DNA from: Spirochaetia bacterium
GTDB lineage: Bacteria; Spirochaetota; Spirochaetia; SP-2023
NCBI GenBank assembly: GCA_965263295.1
Contig: OZ253665.1
Span: 1,760,001-1,824,000, forward strand
DNA: 64,000 nt
Direction of reading: 5' to 3'
Shown: in pieces, positions 1-10,851 of the stretch
Numbering within the stretch: the first letter of the stretch is position 1
Layout: each line of letters opens with the position of its first letter
The notes under the pieces: model-generated
The model's input: the letters and a program-made list of their open reading frames with translations, nothing else
What the model was told of the DNA's origin: nothing
The model's database searches: none
Program-made: the position numbers and the translations under genes

Positions 1-1282
1 CCACATCATAAATATTCATTCGCTTCGCCCAAGATAGATCGTCTTGGCGCAAAAAGCCATCAATGCCCTCTTCAAGGACTAAAAACGCACCACTCTTAAT
101 GACGTTTTTTACTTTCAAGGTCAGACGAGTACCGACTGGGTAGCGCTCAGCAATTGACAACCAAGGGTTAGGCTGTGTCTGACGAAGTCCGAGACGAATG
201 CGCTGAGCTTCCAGGTTGAACTCCAAGACCTGGACTTTGACCTGGTCGCCTATGCCCAGGACTTCCTTGGGGTGCTTAATTTGTTTAAGCCACGACATCT
301 CGGAAACATGAATCAAACCCTCAACACCTGGTTCCAGCTCGACAAATGCACCATAAGTTTGCAGGCGGACGACACGCCCTTCCACAACCTTTTCGAGTTG
401 GTATTTGTCCGCCGCGTTGTCCCAAGGATTTTCCCTCAAAGCCTTCAGTGACAAACCAATCTTCTTTTTCTCAGAGTCCAGGTCACAAATCTGCAGATCC
501 AATTCTTCACCCAGCTTAACGCAGTTTGCGGGCTTCTTGACCGAATGCCAAGCCATATTCATGACGTGCAACAAACCAGAGAAACCGCCCAGGTCAATAA
601 AGGCACCGAAATCGACAAAGCTGCGCACCTGGCCTCTGACTACGTCTCCGACCTTGTGATTAGCAAAGAAATCCTTTTGTTTGTTCTGCAACCTTTCTTC
701 CAGGAGCTTACGGCGGTTGACCACAATATTCTTATTCTGGCTGCGACCCTTTTCTTCAATGCGCTCAATGCGAAACTCAAGCCTACTGCCAATATAACTT
801 TCCGGTGGTGCCGGATACATATCAATCTGCGAAAGCGGCACAAAAGCGGTTAAACCGGGAGCCAGGTCCACTTGAAAGCCGACGGGAACAGCCTGCTCTT
901 CATTTTCTTTTTTACGCGTAATCAACTTGCCAACCTTGGCTTGTAAGACGTTGCCAACTTCCAGCTGAGCTTCTAGCTCCGCACGCTGTAACTCAGCGTA
1001 AGAGACGCGCACATTACCTTCGGCATCTTCACCTTTAAAAATCACTTCAATATTGTCATTTTCACCCGGTACCTTATCGCCAAACTCAGAGCGCGGGACG
1101 CGCCCTTCCGCCTTATAATTGATATCAACAAAAACTTCATCATCTGTTACCTTGACAACAACGCCGCTAACCTTACTCCCCCGATCAAGCTTGCGGTCTT
1201 CAGCAGCCAAAGCTTCTTCAAAGCTCGAGTGATCAAATTCTGTGTTAATACTTGCTGTCGAAGATTTTAAGCTGTTTGACAT
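1..1282 (-). CDS. rpsA: 30S ribosomal protein S1 (3' end runs off the window start)
   Basis: Manual minus-strand translation from ATG at 1282 (overlaps the cmk stop): MSNSLKSS... with repeated S1 domains (FVDFGAFIDLGGFSGLLHV, TYGAFVELEPGVEGLIHVSEMSW). cmk-rpsA is a conserved order. Absent from the ORF track because there is no stop in the window. Confidence 0.96.
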   Translation of the reverse strand, partial: MSNSLKSSTASINTEFDHSSFEEALAAEDRKLDRGSKVSGVVVKVTDDEVFVDINYKAEGRVPRSEFGDKVPGENDNIEVIFKGEDAEGNVRVSYAELQRAELEAQLEVGNVLQAKVGKLITRKKENEEQAVPVGFQVDLAPGLTAFVPLSQIDMYPAPPESYIGSRLEFRIERIEEKGRSQNKNIVVNRRKLLEERLQNKQKDFFANHKVGDVVRGQVRSFVDFGAFIDLGGFSGLLHVMNMAWHSVKKPANCVKLGEELDLQICDLDSEKKKIGLSLKALRENPWDNAADKYQLEKVVEGRVVRLQTYGAFVELEPGVEGLIHVSEMSWLKQIKHPKEVLGIGDQVKVQVLEFNLEAQRIRLGLRQTQPNPWLSIAERYPVGTRLTLKVKNVIKSGAFLVLEEGIDGFLRQDDLSWAKRMNIYDV

Positions 1283-2076
1283 TAGATGGTTCCTTTTGTT
1301 ATCCTTGCTTGCCCGTCGCCGGCTGCTCCGTTGAAAAGGGCGGCATTTAATCGGCCATTGACGGCAGTAGGCGCAATATGGTTGTTAAGACTGCCCGCAA
1401 TTATCTGACAAACGGCTTCAAAAGTCAAGTTACTTGTATCAATCAGCTGTGCACTTCTGGCTGGTTTAAGAGCCCCTTCTTTTTTATTGCGATCTATTTC
1501 ATCGCGCTCACAAATCCGTTGCTCTAGCTCTGCGAAACTTAACGAGGCACGCTGCTCATCATTCAACTGCTGCCAACGGCGCTGGGCTCGCACAGAAGTA
1601 CTGGCGTCTAGGAAAAATTTGAATTCAGCCTCAGGGAAGACCACGGTCCCCATATCTCGTCCTTCGGCGATTAAACTATGACTCTCCGTGTGCCTGCGCA
1701 GCATTTGATTTATAAAATGACGAACTGGCGGCAGTTTGGAGAGTATTGGAGTCAAGGCATCAAGTTCTGGTGTTTGCAGCTTTTCAGTAACATCCTGGCC
1801 ATTTAACAGGATTTTCTCACCTTCCTGAAATATGCGCACAGTCTGAACCGCTCGCCATAAATCCTGCCAACGCGCCTTGTTTTCTTGGCTCTCTCGACCT
1901 TCATATATATTGTTCAACTGCGAAATCGGCAGGGCTTCAAGATATCCACGAATACCCAGGCACAAAGCGCGATAAAAAGAGCCGGATTTGAGCAGCAGAA
2001 TTTGTCGGTCACGCGCCAGAAAACTGGCCACAGAACTCTTGCCCACACCGGCAGGGCCATCAATCGTGATAATCAT
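1282..2076 (-). CDS. cmk: Cytidylate kinase
   Basis: IITIDGPAGVGKS P-loop, AEGRDMGTVVFP motif, RDEID; directly upstream of rpsA. Confidence 0.95.
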   Translation of the reverse strand: MIITIDGPAGVGKSSVASFLARDRQILLLKSGSFYRALCLGIRGYLEALPISQLNNIYEGRESQENKARWQDLWRAVQTVRIFQEGEKILLNGQDVTEKLQTPELDALTPILSKLPPVRHFINQMLRRHTESHSLIAEGRDMGTVVFPEAEFKFFLDASTSVRAQRRWQQLNDEQRASLSFAELEQRICERDEIDRNKKEGALKPARSAQLIDTSNLTFEAVCQIIAGSLNNHIAPTAVNGRLNAALFNGAAGDGQARITKGTI

Positions 2077-2108
2077 TCCTCAGTTGTATTGAAAGCAATG
2101 ATGAATGT

Positions 2109-3275
2109 CTATTCAGAATTACCCTGCCCAGAAATTTTTAAAATTTTTGAATCACTGCTGCGTGCGCGAGGATGCGCGGTGCGATGCACCTCAAGCAAAC
2201 GTTGTATGCTGACATGCGTGTATATTTGGGTGCTACTGAGCGAACTATGTCCCAACAGCTCTTGTACCGAACGAATGCCTGCGCCACTGTTGAGCAAGGT
2301 GGTGGCAAAACTGTGTCTGAGCAGATGAGGATGCAACGGGCGCTCCAAGCCGGCCATGCGACCCAGCTGCGCCAAAAGCCGATGGACGGAACGCGGTTGC
2401 AACCTTGTGCCATAACTATTGCAGAATAACGCCTGCCACTCAATCTGCCGCCGGGCGCATTCTTTCCCTGACTTTTGGGTCAACTTTGGCTCTAAGGCCG
2501 TCAGAAACTTCTGCCGCTCGGGCAAATAAGCGGCGAGAGCCGCACGGCTACCGTCACCCAGAAATACTAGCCTATGTTTAGACCCCTTGCCCACAATGCG
2601 CAATTCTGCCTGAATATTCCCAGCCAGCAACTGCAAATTGTTTAGCGGCTGCCGCCATATCGGATTCTCTCCGGACGGCAGGCGCAAAAGTTGCTGCAAG
2701 TTCAAGGCGCAGAATTCACCGACGCGCATCCCGCTGGAAAATCCCAATTCCAGCACGGCAAGACAAAGTTTTTGCAGATAAACACTGGGAAAAGCCCGTT
2801 CACAAGCGGCCACCAGAAGTTGCAATTCTTCCAGGCTCAAGTAGTTCGGCAAACGGCGCGACTGGGGCAACAAGGCAATACTGTCCCAAGGATGCATAAG
2901 TTGATTTGATGTCTGCGGATACAAATCTGGGCTAGCATTTTGCAGACGTCGCTCCAAATACTTATAAAAACTCTTAATGGCCGACAAGCGACGGTTAATA
3001 CTGCGGGCAGACAAGTCAGTGCGGCGCAGTGCCGTCAAATAGCTTCGAGCCAACGGCATACTGATTCGCGCTAAAGAGGCCCCCTGTTTTACCAGATAAT
3101 CCTGCCAATTGCGCAAATCACGCTCGTAGGCTTTCAACGTGTGAGGACTATAGCGCCGTACAGCGGCCAAGTAATGCAAAAAAATCGGGATGTATTCCTT
3201 TTCTTCAGCTTGTCCTTCAATGAGGCCTTCAATGAGGCCTTCAATGGGGCCTTCAATTGGACCTGGGAGCTCCAT
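2109..3275 (-). CDS. xerC: XerC/XerD-family tyrosine recombinase
   Basis: [56 protein letters not shown] (catalytic R-K-H-R-H-Y set). XerC versus XerD not resolved. Confidence 0.9.
   Translation of the reverse strand: MELPGPIEGPIEGLIEGLIEGQAEEKEYIPIFLHYLAAVRRYSPHTLKAYERDLRNWQDYLVKQGASLARISMPLARSYLTALRRTDLSARSINRRLSAIKSFYKYLERRLQNASPDLYPQTSNQLMHPWDSIALLPQSRRLPNYLSLEELQLLVAACERAFPSVYLQKLCLAVLELGFSSGMRVGEFCALNLQQLLRLPSGENPIWRQPLNNLQLLAGNIQAELRIVGKGSKHRLVFLGDGSRAALAAYLPERQKFLTALEPKLTQKSGKECARRQIEWQALFCNSYGTRLQPRSVHRLLAQLGRMAGLERPLHPHLLRHSFATTLLNSGAGIRSVQELLGHSSLSSTQIYTHVSIQRLLEVHRTAHPRARSSDSKILKISGQGNSE
3214..3261. repeat. 12-bp in-frame tandem repeat x4 in the xerC 5' end
   Basis: ccttcaatgagg x2, ccttcaatgggg, ccttcaattgga; encodes [16 protein letters not shown]. 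Confidence 0.9.
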
Positions 3276-3629
3276 GCCTATATAGGATACAAAGTGTCAG
3301 AACTACGTACAGTCCAAACTTAAAAGACAAAATCACAAGATTTTGCAGATTAGAAAAGTCGGGCTATCAATGTGTCCGAATCCCATCAAAAAAAGAATGA
3401 TCATTGACTCAAGTTCAATTTAAATATTTCACAAACGCCTTTCTAAGGTTTTATGCCGATATGTCACGGTGTTCATTCATTGAGACAAGCCCGTTCCCAA
3501 GCCCTGTGGTTCACCTTCCATACACAGCACAGGCAGGTTTCTGAACGCCATATGAATTTGCCGATTGGTCAGCCAGGATATATTCTTTAATGTAGCCGAA
3601 ATGACAATTTAACAATACAATTGTCCCTT

Positions 3630-6071
3630 ATGTCCAGAAACTTAAATGAAGATATACTGCGCTTAAACCCTAATGCCCAATTACAAATTGGCTCCTTTGT
3701 TTTATATCGCAGTGAAGCGGCTCTCGTCAAAGACATTAGCAATGAAAAAAAACAAATTAAACTGCAGATACAAACCGAGAGCGGCAAAAAAGTCAGCGTG
3801 CGTCCCAAAGACATTATGCTGCTCAGCAGTGCACAGAAGCAAGCCCTAGCAGAACTGACACAATTACTCAGTCGCAGTGAGTTGGAGGATGGCTGGCAAC
3901 TATTACAGGAAATAGGCCGCAGCTGCAGCCTACAAGACCTCGCCGAAGCTATATTTTCTGGCTCTGGGCCCCGTGAAATGTACAATGCCTTCTGCTTGAT
4001 CAACGAGACTCCATACTTTAAGGGTCGTCCCGAATGTATAATGGTGCGCAGCCGCGAAGAAGTGGCCCAAGAGCTGGGGCGAAAACAGCGTAAACAGGCG
4101 GAGGCCGAGCGCTGGCAGCGGTTTTACCAACACTACCAGGCCAAAATGTACGACGATGAAGATAGCGATTTTATTGAAGAAATTGAAGCCATTGCCTATG
4201 GAGAAAAGCAAAACTGCCGACTTTTCCGCGAGACCAAACTGGAGGCGACACCAGAGACTGCCCACGAGTGGTTGCTGCGACAAGGCCTGTGGCATGAGCG
4301 CTTCAACCCTTATCTGCGCCGCAACCAGGTGCACGAGCAGGCCCCACGCCTGGAACATTTATTTGATGCGGCCCAACTGAATGAATTACAACAACTAATA
4401 CGAGATTATCAGGCGGTTCAAGCTGGCCTGAAATTGGCATGCGAGGCCCCAAGCCCGGCCGGTAGTGCCGCAGTGAGTTCACAGCAGGAGGCGGCTCCAC
4501 CCAGGTGCCTGCAACAGCTAGAGAAGATCGTCGGGCGCTTTGTTGCCAAACAGCCGTTGCTCTATCCTAGCGGGCAACAAGCTGAAGGCAAGTCCCACAT
4601 AGTAGCGCCACAACAGCCACAGCCCGACCTGGCTGACGCCTTACCATTTTTGCCGACAGCCACCCAACGAGCGACAGAAGAAGCAGGGGCCGACAGCAAC
4701 GTCAAAGACGGCACAAACGCCGGCAACAAAGCCGAAATTGCGCACGACATATGGCACACAGAGTCACGTAAGGATCTGACCCACCTGGCGGCCTGGGCCA
4801 TTGACGACCCCTGGAGCAATGATCCGGACGACGCAATTAGTTTAGAACTAGCTCACGACAACAGTTCCGGCACTGCCCCTTACCTGTGGATCCACATTGC
4901 CGATCCAGCCAGCCTCATGCCCTTCGGCAACCCCCTAGCCACAGAGGCGATGCAGCGTGGCGCCACTATTTATATTCCCGAAGGCGCTACCCCCATGCTT
5001 AACCGCGAGCTGGTGCAGATACTGGGGCTCGGATTGCAGCCCGTCAGTATGGCTTTATCTGTCAAGGCACGCGTCCTGGATGCGGGCACCTTGCCCCCAC
5101 ATGAAGAACATGGCACAAGTCCCACCCCGACACTAGAAGTTATAGATATCTGCCGTTCTTGGGTGCGCGTCCGGCGCATTAGTTATGGTCAAGCCGATAA
5201 GATCCTGGCGGCCACTCAAGCACACCCCCTGCAGCAAATCTGGAAGCTTTGTCAGAGTCACGAAATATTGCGGCGACGCAACCATGCCGTGCAGTTTAAC
5301 ATGTACAATACCAAAATAGTAGCTGGCGATCCGATTCAGGTAGAATCCCTACCCAACACAGCAGCGCGCGACCTGGTAGCCGAGGCCATGCTTATGGCGG
5401 GGACAGCCATGGCGCAGTTTGCTCATCAAAAGCAACTGCCAATCGCCTTTCTCTGCCAGGCACCTCCCAAAGGGGAATTGCCACCGCGGGACAACATGGC
5501 CAACATGTTTCAGACCCGCAAACTGATGTCGCCCAGCATGGTGCGCTGTGAGCCTCAGCTCCACTCCAGCATTGGCGTGGCGATGTACACGCGCGGGACT
5601 AGCCCGCTGCGCCGATACTTAGACCTATTGACCCACCAACAGTTGCATGCTTTTTTGCTCTCTGTCGAGGGTCGCGAACTGCGGCCTCTGAATGCAGAGG
5701 AGCTGCTGTACGGCATTGCCCAAGCCGAGATGCAGATCAGCCGGGTCAACAGCGCACAACGCGCTGCCCAACAGCATTGGCAGATGCTCTACTTCAAGCA
5801 GGAAGGCAAGAAACGCCTGTATCGGGCCGTCGTTCTGGAAATTCGCCACGCGCACAATTCGGGGCGCCAGCAATCAGGCTGCAAGGCCCTATGCAGTTTG
5901 CCCCAAGTCGGCATTGAAACTTTAGTCTACACCAAAGAGCCCCTGCACTTGAACCAGGAAATTATGGTCAACCTAAAAAGTGTCAACCTCAGCTCGCGAG
6001 AAGCTCACTTTCAGGTAGCGGTGACAAACCAAAGCAATCCGGCAAAAATTAGCCAGGATACTCATGTATAA
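3630..6071 (+). CDS. RNase II/R family (RNB domain) exoribonuclease
   Basis: AIDDPWSNDPDDAIS catalytic Asp motif, IHIAD, RGATIY, LVAEAML, YTRGTSPLRRYLDLLTHQQL. Start at ATG 3630 (TTG 3621 possible). Confidence 0.9.
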   Translation: MSRNLNEDILRLNPNAQLQIGSFVLYRSEAALVKDISNEKKQIKLQIQTESGKKVSVRPKDIMLLSSAQKQALAELTQLLSRSELEDGWQLLQEIGRSCSLQDLAEAIFSGSGPREMYNAFCLINETPYFKGRPECIMVRSREEVAQELGRKQRKQAEAERWQRFYQHYQAKMYDDEDSDFIEEIEAIAYGEKQNCRLFRETKLEATPETAHEWLLRQGLWHERFNPYLRRNQVHEQAPRLEHLFDAAQLNELQQLIRDYQAVQAGLKLACEAPSPAGSAAVSSQQEAAPPRCLQQLEKIVGRFVAKQPLLYPSGQQAEGKSHIVAPQQPQPDLADALPFLPTATQRATEEAGADSNVKDGTNAGNKAEIAHDIWHTESRKDLTHLAAWAIDDPWSNDPDDAISLELAHDNSSGTAPYLWIHIADPASLMPFGNPLATEAMQRGATIYIPEGATPMLNRELVQILGLGLQPVSMALSVKARVLDAGTLPPHEEHGTSPTPTLEVIDICRSWVRVRRISYGQADKILAATQAHPLQQIWKLCQSHEILRRRNHAVQFNMYNTKIVAGDPIQVESLPNTAARDLVAEAMLMAGTAMAQFAHQKQLPIAFLCQAPPKGELPPRDNMANMFQTRKLMSPSMVRCEPQLHSSIGVAMYTRGTSPLRRYLDLLTHQQLHAFLLSVEGRELRPLNAEELLYGIAQAEMQISRVNSAQRAAQQHWQMLYFKQEGKKRLYRAVVLEIRHAHNSGRQQSGCKALCSLPQVGIETLVYTKEPLHLNQEIMVNLKSVNLSSREAHFQVAVTNQSNPAKISQDTHV

Positions 6072-6247
6072 ATCTCATCAATAAATTAGGCACTAGACCT
6101 CTCAATAATCATCGGCGCCAATGAGCAAGATCAGCCCTTAATTGAATTAGGGGGATACGCCAGCTTGCCCTTTTTGCGCCTCAAGCTAAAATATCATGGT
6201 ACCCACATTCCGGCAAAAACAATAATTTCAAAAATTGAAGGCAGATT

Positions 6248-6991
6248 ATGAACGCAACGGAAAATTCCAGCCCCTTGATTATCGGTCATCGGGGAGCCAT
6301 GGGCCATTACCCTGAAAATACTTTGCCGTCTTTTCGCGCGGCCTTTGAGCGCGGCTGTCACGGCATAGAACTTGACGTGCAGCAAAGCAAAGACGGAGAA
6401 ATAGTGGTCTTTCACGACTGGGACCTGGGGCGATGTTCCAGCGGCAGCGGCCTGTTGATAGAACACAGCGCGGCGGAGCTGCGCCTTTTGGACGCCGGGT
6501 CCTGGTTCCATCCCGAATTTGCCGGCACAGCAATCCCCACTCTGCAGGAGGTCCTCGACATTGTCCCTGAGGGCAAACTCATCAATATTGAAGTAAAAGA
6601 ATTGTATTCGGTCGAGCGCGGCACAATAGAAAAAATTGTCGATATCCTACACAAGCAGCCGGCAAATCAAAAGCACAACGTTATTATTTCTTCGTTTAGC
6701 CATAATTTGCTGGCCCGGTTGCACCAAGTTGCCCCAGAGATCAAAATCGGCTTGCTCTTGGGCAACACATTGGAAGCGCTGAGTGACTATGCATTGCGAC
6801 TCAGCTTTCCAATCTACAGCCTGCACCCCTATATATCCCTGTTAAAAGCCGACGAAGTTTTATGGGCCAAGAGACAAGGCCTAAAGATTTATCCTTGGAC
6901 CGTCAACCAAAAGTACCAAGTCGACAATTGCCGCATCTTGCGAGTCGATGGCATTATTACGAACTACCCTGAAATTCTGGACCTAAACTAA
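6248..6991 (+). CDS. Glycerophosphodiester phosphodiesterase
   Basis: IGHRGA..PENTL, IELDVQQSKDG.IVVFHD, NIEVK, WTVN, DGIITNYP. Confidence 0.93.
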   Translation: MNATENSSPLIIGHRGAMGHYPENTLPSFRAAFERGCHGIELDVQQSKDGEIVVFHDWDLGRCSSGSGLLIEHSAAELRLLDAGSWFHPEFAGTAIPTLQEVLDIVPEGKLINIEVKELYSVERGTIEKIVDILHKQPANQKHNVIISSFSHNLLARLHQVAPEIKIGLLLGNTLEALSDYALRLSFPIYSLHPYISLLKADEVLWAKRQGLKIYPWTVNQKYQVDNCRILRVDGIITNYPEILDLN

Positions 6992-7002
6992 GACCAGCAA
7001 CC

Positions 7003-8568
7003 ATGCAAATTCGCGTCCGCAAGATTGATGGCAGTCGCATCGAAATTCGTACCATCCACGAGATTGCACCGCACAGTAGCACAGGGAGAAAAAAGAACAA
7101 ACGGCGCGGCTTTGAACTGAACGCTTATTTTTTTGTCCCCAACAAGCTGACCTGCGGTGGCGGCGACGAGCTGGATGGTGCCCAAACCTTGGCTCAGACC
7201 ATAGTTTACCCCAAGATTCATCGCAAGAATTACTACGCGATTTTCGCGATGAATCTAGCAGCTATTCTCGACAGTGACAACGAGCTAAGCCCGCTAACCC
7301 GCTTGCAAAAAATGGCCAAAGAGGTAAACCTGCCTGCCGAGCAAGTGCTATACGAATTTCAGATGCTAGCCTGCGTAACCAAGAACGCCAGCATGAATGC
7401 CCGTCATTCACTGACCCAACAGCTCCGCACCCGCAACGACTTCACTGACATTGGGACACAACAGAATCAGGCTTTATCCCGCGAGGCTGAAACTGAATTT
7501 AAGAACATAAGCCAGGCCTATCTGCAAGTCCAACGGCGTCTAGATCTGCTAGGCGAGCGCTATTTACAAGAAGTACTGCAAAATATTGATGAAGCCTACC
7601 GCTGGACCCTAGAGGATTTGAACCATCAGATTCTCGACTGCATGCTGAGTACCCTGCGTTTAAGCGAACATTACCAGTTTAGTCCTGAGTTTCGTAAATT
7701 TTTGCAGACTGAATTGGGTTTGCAGTGGCGCTACCAGAAACAGCATGGCTTCGCAACCCTCAGCGACGATGAATACAACAATGAAAGTTATTTGTTTCAC
7801 CAACGCGAACTAAAGGCCTGGCGCTACAGTGGCCTGTCGATGACTAGCACCGAGGCCCGCAGTTTGAACGTCATCAATCACCTTTGGCTTTCTGTTGCCA
7901 GCGCCGTAGCCATGAGCGCTGCCTTCAGCGTGACCTTGTTAACCATGTACTACTATGGGCAGTGGTCCATTCCGTTTTTAATTTTTGGCGTGCTAGGTTA
8001 CATGTTCAAAGACCGTATCAAAGAAATTCTACGCAACTTGTTTTCCGACAAATTTTGCAACTACAATCTACTGCACTTGTATGACCCGCGCAGCAAGGAA
8101 CAGTGCGGCAGTATTCGCGAGAGCCTGGGCTTCTGTGAGAAAGTACCTGTAGAAATTCTTACCTTGCGTCATTTGCGCAAGAATCCCCTGAGCAGCCAAC
8201 TCAACCGCGAGGTCGCAATCGTGTACCGCGAACGCTTGAGCCTGAACAGCCAGAAGCTATTCGAGACACATAAACGCCTGCAGCGCGGTTGCCAGGTTTT
8301 GGAATTCAATTTGCTACCCTACTTACAAAACATCAGAGACAGCGAAGCTAAGCAATTGTGGAAACCGGCAGAATCATTGAATTTTGCGGAAGCCACTGCC
8401 AGTAATCAGCAGGCATTTGCCCAAACCTATCAAAAGTTAAAGATCAAACGCAGCTATCATTTGACCTTAGTGATCAAAAGCTCTAGCTTTAATGGCCAAA
8501 AAGTTCATGAACGCTACCGCATCGTGCTTCGCAACAGCAAAATATTCAGGATCAAAAAGATCATATGA
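7003..8568 (+). CDS. Hypothetical membrane protein (about two central TM helices)
   Basis: 521-aa ORF 11 bp after GDPD; hydrophobic pair LWLSVASAVAMSAAFSVTLL / SIPFLIFGVLGYMFKDRIKE. Confidence 0.8.
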   Translation: MQIRVRKIDGSRIEIRTIHEIAPHSSTGRKKNKRRGFELNAYFFVPNKLTCGGGDELDGAQTLAQTIVYPKIHRKNYYAIFAMNLAAILDSDNELSPLTRLQKMAKEVNLPAEQVLYEFQMLACVTKNASMNARHSLTQQLRTRNDFTDIGTQQNQALSREAETEFKNISQAYLQVQRRLDLLGERYLQEVLQNIDEAYRWTLEDLNHQILDCMLSTLRLSEHYQFSPEFRKFLQTELGLQWRYQKQHGFATLSDDEYNNESYLFHQRELKAWRYSGLSMTSTEARSLNVINHLWLSVASAVAMSAAFSVTLLTMYYYGQWSIPFLIFGVLGYMFKDRIKEILRNLFSDKFCNYNLLHLYDPRSKEQCGSIRESLGFCEKVPVEILTLRHLRKNPLSSQLNREVAIVYRERLSLNSQKLFETHKRLQRGCQVLEFNLLPYLQNIRDSEAKQLWKPAESLNFAEATASNQQAFAQTYQKLKIKRSYHLTLVIKSSSFNGQKVHERYRIVLRNSKIFRIKKII

Positions 8569-8674
8569 TATCTAATATGCCTGATATTTAACACGGCAAT
8601 GCTCAATTTAATCAAACCATGCCGCGACAAGGCCATGGCAAACTGCAATATTTTTGCCGTGATAGAGTTCTTAT

Positions 8675-9628
8675 TTAAAGTATTTGTTTAAATAAATCAA
8701 AAAAATTCTGAAACGCAATCCTATCAATATCCTTTTTTTTAAAGCCTCTAGCGGTTAGTTCGTCGATAAACATGGGCGCTTTAGAAGCATCTTCAAGACC
8801 TCTGGCCCCTTTCGCATGAAACTCCCCTGTAAGAAAATCACAGAAATCAAAACCACATGCCACATGTTCTATACCGATCTGGCCGGCTATATGCTCCACA
8901 TGGTCGACCAGAGTTTGCAAGGAGCGCCTTTGAGGCTCTGCATGAATAAATTTACCCAGGGCGTTGACACCCACGAGGCCTCCGGTGGAACCAATAAATT
9001 TCAGCTGTTCATCAGTCAAATTCCGTTGGTTTACACAAATGCTGCGGCAGTTGGAATGGGATGCGATCACCGGCTTTTCAACAACACGGGCAAGGTCCCA
9101 GAAAGTGCGATCATTGGCATGGGACAAATCGAGTATCATGCCTAACTGCTCCAGTTTGCGCACGGCTCTCCTGCCGATGGCTGTCAGCCCACGGTCTTCT
9201 GCACCATTGCAGCCCGTAGCGAGGAGGTTCTCCTCATTCCAGGTAAGGGAAGCGCAGCGCCCGCCAAACTGATAATAAAACTCCAGAAGTTCCAGGTCAT
9301 CGCCGATGCTGCTCAAACCTTCAAAACCGATCATGACCAACAGCTTTCCCCCCTGAATACCGGCTGCAATATCTTCATATCTTTTCAGCAGCTGGATATG
9401 CTCGCGGTTTGCTTCAAGTTCCAGCTTTACATTCTCAAAGATTTCCAGAGTTCTTTGATAAGGTCTCAAATCGTGGGGCGGATCTGGCCAGACGACAAAA
9501 ATACCGCCTTGAATGCCCCCGTGGGCGAGCCGGGAAAGATGGCGGGTCTGCAAGACGTTTTTCGCGGCGGCATTCAGTCTCCGTCTGGTCACATCGGCCC
9601 ATATGTCTGTATGTCCGTCAAAAATCAT
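8675..9628 (-). CDS. Membrane dipeptidase (peptidase M19)
   Basis: IFDGHTD, GFEGL, SLTWNEEN, DLSH, ASHSN, GFDFCD motifs; start placed at MIFDGH. Confidence 0.92.
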   Translation of the reverse strand: MIFDGHTDIWADVTRRRLNAAAKNVLQTRHLSRLAHGGIQGGIFVVWPDPPHDLRPYQRTLEIFENVKLELEANREHIQLLKRYEDIAAGIQGGKLLVMIGFEGLSSIGDDLELLEFYYQFGGRCASLTWNEENLLATGCNGAEDRGLTAIGRRAVRKLEQLGMILDLSHANDRTFWDLARVVEKPVIASHSNCRSICVNQRNLTDEQLKFIGSTGGLVGVNALGKFIHAEPQRRSLQTLVDHVEHIAGQIGIEHVACGFDFCDFLTGEFHAKGARGLEDASKAPMFIDELTARGFKKKDIDRIAFQNFFDLFKQIL

Positions 9629-9636
9629 TCCCACCC

Positions 9637-10851
9637 TTAGCCCCCAAGCAAAGTGCCCATGAAAATGCCCAAATAATTGCCCAAGACATAACCTAGAGTT
9701 CCAACCAGCATTATTGGTCCAACTAGTTGCGTCCATCCTTTGGAGATGGCCAGGGCAACTGCCGTAGTCGGACCGCCAAGATTGGCGTTGGATGCCAGCA
9801 GAGCGTCTTCCAGATTAAACTTCATGACCCTTGCCGCAGTCAGGGTGAGCAAAATATTGACGCAGGATATGATGGCAGCAAACAGCAAGAGTAGAGGTGA
9901 TTTGAAAATAATCAAGGTGATGGAAGCGGGCACCCCGATGACGGTAAAAAATAGGTAAATCAGAAAAGTTCCTATTTCCTGGGAACCCCGAATTGAGCCA
10001 AAAAATTGCGGCAAGTAAGAGGCCCCCAGCACGACCAAAGTGGTAATGATTAAATATTTATTGCTGAGAAAAGATTGCAGCAGATTCAACAAAAAATTTT
10101 CTGAGGGGGGGAATACAGCCGTCAGCAATCGGGCAATTTCACTGGAGATGGCCACGATAACAAAAGATGAGCCTAAAGCATAGCCAATGTCCTTCAAAGA
10201 AATCTCTTTGGGCTGCCAGTATTGGGCCTGCAAAGTAGTTTGGACTTGCACGCCCTGACTCTCGACTTGATCTATGTGGGGATGAGAAAAGCGCTTGCGG
10301 AAAAAGGTCAGCGAAGGTATGACAATTAATGCCATGAAGACAATGCACATGATGAGGTTGTCTGCGACTACGGCGGCCGACACCAATTCTGAGGGTACCG
10401 AAAAAGAGTCGGCCATAGCGGCGAAGTTTACAGTACCACCGATATAAGTGCCTGTCATCATCGCCGCCACTTTGTCCAGTTCGGGAATTATATCCTTCAA
10501 CAAGAAATAGCCGATTGCAGCCCCCACCACGGTGCTTGCGGCACTGACGCAAAAAATGATGCAAAGCCTGCCCGCCGCCCCGCCGATTTTCCTGATATTG
10601 CAGCGGTACAGCAGCAGAGGGATGGCCAGCGGAACTATATATTGCCATATGGCATCGTAGACAGGGGATTGCAGAGGTATTATTCTTAAATTTGAAAGTA
10701 TCATTGGCAACGTGAGGGCACAGATGGCGCCGGTAATCCTGGAAGCCCATTTGTACGTCTGCTCCAAATGGATACTAGTTGCCGCCCAGGCAGTGATAAT
10801 GGCCCACAAAACCCAAGTGTTATCTGCACTGATCAATGTCTTGTCCATCAT
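9637..10851 (-). CDS. DUF819-family integral membrane protein (putative transporter)
   Basis: Multi-TM; VPLAIPLLL, GTYIGGTVNF, ASNANLGGPTTA, GTLGYVLGNYLG motifs. Confidence 0.88.
   Translation of the reverse strand: MMDKTLISADNTWVLWAIITAWAATSIHLEQTYKWASRITGAICALTLPMILSNLRIIPLQSPVYDAIWQYIVPLAIPLLLYRCNIRKIGGAAGRLCIIFCVSAASTVVGAAIGYFLLKDIIPELDKVAAMMTGTYIGGTVNFAAMADSFSVPSELVSAAVVADNLIMCIVFMALIVIPSLTFFRKRFSHPHIDQVESQGVQVQTTLQAQYWQPKEISLKDIGYALGSSFVIVAISSEIARLLTAVFPPSENFLLNLLQSFLSNKYLIITTLVVLGASYLPQFFGSIRGSQEIGTFLIYLFFTVIGVPASITLIIFKSPLLLLFAAIISCVNILLTLTAARVMKFNLEDALLASNANLGGPTTAVALAISKGWTQLVGPIMLVGTLGYVLGNYLGIFMGTLLGG

Noticed and set aside
2109..3275. Integrase of a prophage or integron
   Set aside because: Embedded in housekeeping genes, Xer-like motifs, no att sites or phage genes; no dif-like site recognised
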